Origin: the human T2T-CHM13v2.0 reference genome, Homo sapiens
Strand: one strand, 5' to 3'
Assembly (NCBI RefSeq): GCF_009914755.1
Contig: NC_060925.1
DNA length: 64,000 nucleotides
The notes under the pieces were generated by a model. That model did no database searches, was not told where the DNA came from, and saw only the letters and a list, made by a program, of their open reading frames with translations. The translations under genes and the position numbers were made by a program. The number at the start of each line of letters is the position of its first letter. Within the stretch, counting starts at the first letter, position 1. Shown here one piece after another: positions 58,301 to 64,000 of the stretch.

Positions 58301-61300
58301 ATGGAAAGGAATGGAATCATCGCATAGAATCGAATGGAATTATCATCGAATGGAATCGAATGGTATCAACACCAAACGGAAAAATACGGAATTATCGAAT
58401 GGAATCGAAGAGAATCTTCGAACGGACCCAAATGGAATCATCTAATGGAATGGAATGGAATAATCCATGGACTCGAATGCAATCATCATCGAATGGAATG
58501 GAATGAAATCATCGAATGGACTCGAATGGAATAATAATTGAACGGAATCGAATGGAATCATCATCGGATGGAAACGAATGGAATCATCATCGAATGGAAA
58601 TGAAAGGAGTCATCATCTAATGGAATTGCATGGAATCATCATAAAATGGAATCGAATGGAATCAACATCAAATGGAATCAAATGGAATCATTGAACGGAA
58701 TTGAATGGAATCGTCATCGAATGAATTGACTGCAATCATCGAATGGTCTCGAATGGAATCATCTTCAAATGGAATGGAATGGAATCATCGCATAGAATCG
58801 AATGGAATTATCATCGAATGGAATCGAATGGAATCAGCATCAAACGGAAAAAAACGGAATTATCGAATGGAATCGAAGAGAATCATCGAATGGACCCGAA
58901 TGGAATCATCTAATGGAATGGAATGGAATAATCCATGGACTCGAATGCAATCATCATCGAATGGAATCGAATGGAATCATCGAATGGACTCGAATGGAAT
59001 AATCATTGAACGGAATCGAATGGAATCATCATCGGATGGAAAGGAATGGAATCATCATCGAATGGAATCGAATAGAATTATGGAATGAAATCCAGTGTGA
59101 TCATCATCGAATGGACCCGAATGGAATCATCATCCAACGGAAGCTAATGGAATCAACATCGAATGAATCGAATGGAAACACCATCGAATTGAAACGAATG
59201 GAATTATCATGAAATTGAAATGGATGGACTCATCATCGAATGGATTCGAATGGAATCATCGAATAAAATTGATTGAAATCATCATCCAATGGAATCGAAT
59301 GGTATCATTGAATGGAAACGAATGGAATCATCATCAGATGGAAATGAATGGAATCGTCATAGAATGGAATCGAATGGATTCATTGAATGGAATCAGATGG
59401 AATCATCGAATGGACTGGAATGGAATCATTGAATGGACTCGAAAGGGATCATGATTGAATGGAATTGAATGGAATCATCGAATGGTCTCGATTGGAATCA
59501 TTATCAAATGGAATCGAATGGAATCACCGAATACAATCGAATGGAACAATCATCGGATGGACTCAAATGGAATTATCCTCCAATGGAATCGAATGGAATT
59601 ATCGAATGCAATCGAATGGAATTATCGAATGCAATCGAATAGAATCATCGAATGGACTCGAATGGAATCATCGAATGGAATGGAATGGAACAGTCAATGA
59701 ACTCGAATGGAATCATCATTGAATGGAATCGAATGGAATCATCGAGTGGAATCGAATGGAATTATGATCAAATGGAATCGAATGTAATCATCATCAAATG
59801 GAATCAAAAATAACCATCATCAATTGGTATTGAATGGAATTGTCATCAAATGGAATTCAAAGGAATCATCATCAAATGGAACCGAATGGAATCCTCATTG
59901 AATGGAAATGAAAGGGGTCATCATCTAATGGAATCGCATGGAATCATCATCAAATGGAATCGAATGGAATCATCATCAAATGGAATCTAATGGAATCATT
60001 GAACAGAATTGAATGGAATCGTCATCGAATGAATTGAATGCAATCATCGAATGGTCTCGAATGGAATCATCTTCTAATGGAAAGGAATGGAATCATCGCA
60101 TAGAATCGAATGGAATTATCATCGAATGGAATCGAATGGTATCAACACCAAACGGAAAAAAACGGAATTATCGAATGGAATCGAAGAGAATCTTCGAACG
60201 GACCCGAATGGAATCATCTAATGGAATGGAATGGAATAATCCATGGACTCGAATGCAATCATCATCGAATGGAATGGAATGGAATCATCGAATGGACTCG
60301 AATGGAATAATCATTGAACGGAATCGAATGGAATCATCATCGGATGGAAACGAATGGAATCATCATCGAATGGAAATGAAAGGAGTCATCATCTAATGGA
60401 ATTGCATGGAATCATCATAAAATGGAATCGAATGGAATCAACATCAAATGGAATCAAATGGAATCATTGAACGGAATTGAATGGAATCGTCATCGAATGA
60501 ATTGACTGCAATCATCGAATGGTCTCGAATGGAATCATCTTCAAATGGAATGGAATGGAATCATCGCATAGAATCGAATGGAATTATCATCGAATGGAAT
60601 CGAATGGAATCAACATCAAATGGAAAAAAACGGAATTATCGAATGGAATCGAAGAGAATCATCGAATGGACCCGAATGGAATCATCTAATGGAATGGAAT
60701 GGAATAATCCATGGACTCGAATGCAATCATCATCGAATGGAATCGAATGGAATCATCGAATGGACTCGAATGGAATAATCATTGAACGGAATCGAATGGA
60801 ATCATCATCGGATGGAAATGAATGGAATCATCATCGAATGGAATCGAATAGAATTATGGAATGAAATCCAGTGTGATCATCATCGAATGGACCCGAATGG
60901 AATCATCATCCAACGGAAGCTAATGGAATCAACATCGAATGAATCGAATGGAAACACCATCGAATTGAAACGAATGGAATTATCATGAAATTGAAATGGA
61001 TGGACTCATCATCGAATGGATTCGAATGGAATCATCGAATAAAATTGATTGAAATCATCATCGAATGGAATCGAATGGTATCATTGAATGGAATCGAATG
61101 GAATCATCATCAGATGGAAATGAATGGAATCGTCATAGAATGGAATCGAATGGATTCATTGAATGGAATCAGATGGAATCATCGAATGGACTGCAATGGA
61201 ATCATTGAATGGACTCGAAAGGGATCATGATTGAATGGAATTGAATGGAATCATCGAATGATCTCGATTGGAATCATTATCAAATGGAATCGAATGGAAT

Positions 61301-64000
61301 CACCGAATAGAATCGAATGGAACAATCATCGAATGGACTCAAATGGAATTATCCTCAAATGGAATCGAATGGAATTATCGAATGCAATCGAATGGAATTA
61401 TCGAATGCAATCGAATAGAATCATCGAAAGGACTCGAATGGAATCATCGAATGGAATGGAATGGAACAGTCAATGAACTCGAATGGAATCATCATTGAAT
61501 GGAATCGAATGGAATCATTGAGTGGAATCGAATGGAATTATGATCAAATGGAATCTAATGGAATCATCATCAAATGGAATCAAAAATAACCATCATCAAT
61601 TGGTATTGAATGGAATTGTCATCAAATGGAATTCAAAGGAATCATCATCAAATGGAACCGAATGGAATCCTCATTGAATGGAAATGAAAGGGGTCATCAT
61701 CTAATGGAATCGCATGGAATCATCATCAAATGGAATCGAATGGAATCATCATCAAATGGAATCTAATGGAATCATTGAACAGAATTGAATGGAATCGTCA
61801 TCGAATGAATTGAATGCAATCATCGAATGGTCTCGAATGGAATCATCTTCTAATGGAAAGGAATGGAATCATCGCATAGAATCGAATGGAATTATCATCG
61901 AATGGAATCGAATGGTATCAACACCAAACGGAAAAAAACGGAATTATCGAATGGAATCGAAGAGAATCTTCGAACGGACCCGAATGGAATCATCTAATGG
62001 AATGGAATGGAATAATCCATGGACTCGAATGCAATCATCATCGAATGGAATCGAATGGAATCATCGAATGGACTCGAATGGAATAATCATTGAACGGAAT
62101 CGAATGGAATCATCATCGGATGGAAACGAATGGAATCATCATCGAATGGAAATGAAAGGAGTCATCATCTAATGGAATTGCATGGAATCATCATAAAATG
62201 GAATCGAATGGAATCAACATCAAATGGAATCAAATGGAATCATTGAACGGAATTGAATGGAATCGTCATCGAATGAATTGACTGCAATCATCGAATGGTC
62301 TCGAATGGAATCATCTTCAAATGGAATGGAATGGAATCATCGCATAGAATCGAATGGAATTATCATCGAATGGAATCGAATGGAATCAACATCAAACGGA
62401 AAAAAACGGAATTATCGAATGGAATCGAAGAGAATCATCGAATGGACCCGAATGGAATCATCTAATGGAATGGAATGGAATAATCCATGGACTCGAATGC
62501 AATCATCATCGAATGGAATCGAATGGAATCATCGAATGGACTCGAATGGAATAATCATTGAACGGAATCGAATGGAATCATCATCGGATGGAAATGAATG
62601 GAATCATCATCGAATGGAATCGAATAGAATTATGGAATGAAATCCAGTGTGATCATCATCGAATGGACCCGAATGGAATCATCATCCAACGGAAGCTAAT
62701 GGAATCAACATCGAATGAATCGAATGGAAACACCATCGAATTGAAACGAATGGAATTATCATGAAATTGAAATGGATGGACTCATCATCGAATGGATTCG
62801 AATGGAATCATCGAATAAAATTGATTGAAATCATTATCCAATGGAATCGAATGGTATCATTGAATGGAATCGAATGGAATCATCATCAGATGGAAATGAA
62901 TGGAATCGTCATAGAATGGAATCGAATGGATTCATTGAATGGAATCAGATGGAATCATCGAATGGACTGGAATGGAATCATTGAATGGACTCGAAAGGGA
63001 TCATGATTGAATGGAATTGAATGGAATCATCGAATGGTCTCGATTGGAATCATTATCAAATGGAATCGAATGGAATCACCAAACAGAATCGAATGGAACA
63101 ATCATCGAATGGACTCAAATGGAATTATCCTCAAATGGAATCGAATGGAATTATCGAATGCAATCGAATGGAATTATCGAATGCAATCGAATAGAATCAT
63201 CGAAAGGACTCGAATGGAATCATCGAATGGAATGGAATGGAACAGTCAATGAACTCGAATGGAATCATCATTGAATGGAATCGAATGGAATCATCGAGTG
63301 GAATCGAATGGAATTATGATCAAATGGAATCTAATGTAATCATCATCAAATGGAATCAAAAATAACCATCATCAATTGGTATTGAATGGAATTGTCATCA
63401 AATGGAATTCAAAGGAATCATCATCAAATGGAACCGAATGGAATCCTCATTGAATGGAAATGAAAGGGGTCATCATCTAATGGAATCGCATGGAATCATC
63501 ATCAAATGGAATCGAATGGAATCATCATCAAATGGAATCTAATGGAATCATTGAACAGAATTGAATGGAATCGTCATCGAATGAATTGAATGCAATCATC
63601 GAATGGTCTCGAATGGAATCATCTTCTAATGGAAAGGAATGGAATCATCGCATAGAATCGAATGGAATTATCATCGAATGGAATCGAATGGTATCAACAC
63701 CAAACGGAAAAAAACGGAATTATCGAATGGAATCGAAGAGAATCTTCGAACGGACCCGAATGGAATCATCTAATGGAATGGAATGGAATAATCCATGGAC
63801 TCGAATGCAATCATCATCGAATGGAATGGAATGGAATCATCGAATGGACTCGAATGGAATAATCATTGAACGGAATCGAATGAAATCATCATCGGATGGA
63901 AACGAATGGAATCATCATCGAATGGAAATGAAAGGAGTCATCATCTAATGGAATTGCATGGAATCATCATAAAATGGAATCGAATGGAATCAACATCAAA

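Larger units (their letters stand above)
1..64000 (+). repeat. HSATII: Human satellite II (HSat2) tandem array, 1.77-kb unit family, probably pericentromeric heterochromatin of chromosome 1q12 (D1Z1/pUC1.77-type); GAATG-rich strand is +
   Basis: The sequence consists of GAATGGAATCGAATGGAATCATC(ATC) 23/26-mers (reverse complement CATTCGATTC-type), diagnostic of HSat2 rather than the purer (GGAAT)n of HSat3. Landmarks recur every 1776 bp: EcoRI GAATTC at 42 and 1818; anchor ATGGAATCGTCATCGAATGAATTGAATGC at 202, 1978, 3754, 5530, 7306 and onward. Confidence 0.97.

Noticed and set aside
202-63948. Many 60-178 aa ORFs on the + strand (MESSSNEL..., MELSSNG..., MKLKWMD...)
   Set aside because: They are the three-frame translation of GAATG/GAATC repeats (MEWNG/IEWNR), overlap in all frames, show no recognisable domain, and are freely broken by stops and frameshifts in individual units (for example 4455, 6747, 22052, 32744). 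Not supported as genes.
1-64000. CRISPR-like regular 23-26 bp repeats
   Set aside because: There are no unique spacers, leader or cas genes; the intervening sequence is the same satellite.
1-64000. HSat3 (DYZ1 or chr9-type) or alpha satellite identity
   Set aside because: GGAAT runs are short (about 3 copies) and constantly interrupted by TCG and ATC, and there is no 171-bp period. The 1776-bp unit fits HSat2.
1-64000. Embedded transposon, unique-sequence island or strand inversion
   Set aside because: Unit lengths sum exactly to the span 202-63564, leaving no room for an insertion, and no CATTC-oriented block was seen.

Overview
The whole 64 kb window is one uninterrupted, single-orientation tandem array of human classical satellite II (HSat2/HSATII). 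It is built from GAATG/GAATC pentamers plus ATC triplets, organised as a 1,776-bp unit with one EcoRI site per unit. This matches the known 1.77-kb EcoRI satellite of chromosome 1q12 (pUC1.77/D1Z1, HSat2A2-type); the chromosome assignment rests on established knowledge, not on a search. I count 37 complete units between 202 and 63564: 28 x 1776, 4 x 1331, 3 x 1750, 1 x 1308 and 1 x 1753 bp. I see no genes, RNA genes, transposons or CRISPR arrays, and all listed ORFs are translation artefacts of the repeat. I found no new biological system. What is interesting is the array's internal history: a 468-bp internal duplication that collapsed twice independently, indels only in whole 23/26-bp monomers, nested multi-unit duplications (8,409, 10,185, 3,084 and about 5.3 kb, plus a copy 47 kb away), short gene-conversion-like patches, and phased DUX4-type motifs.
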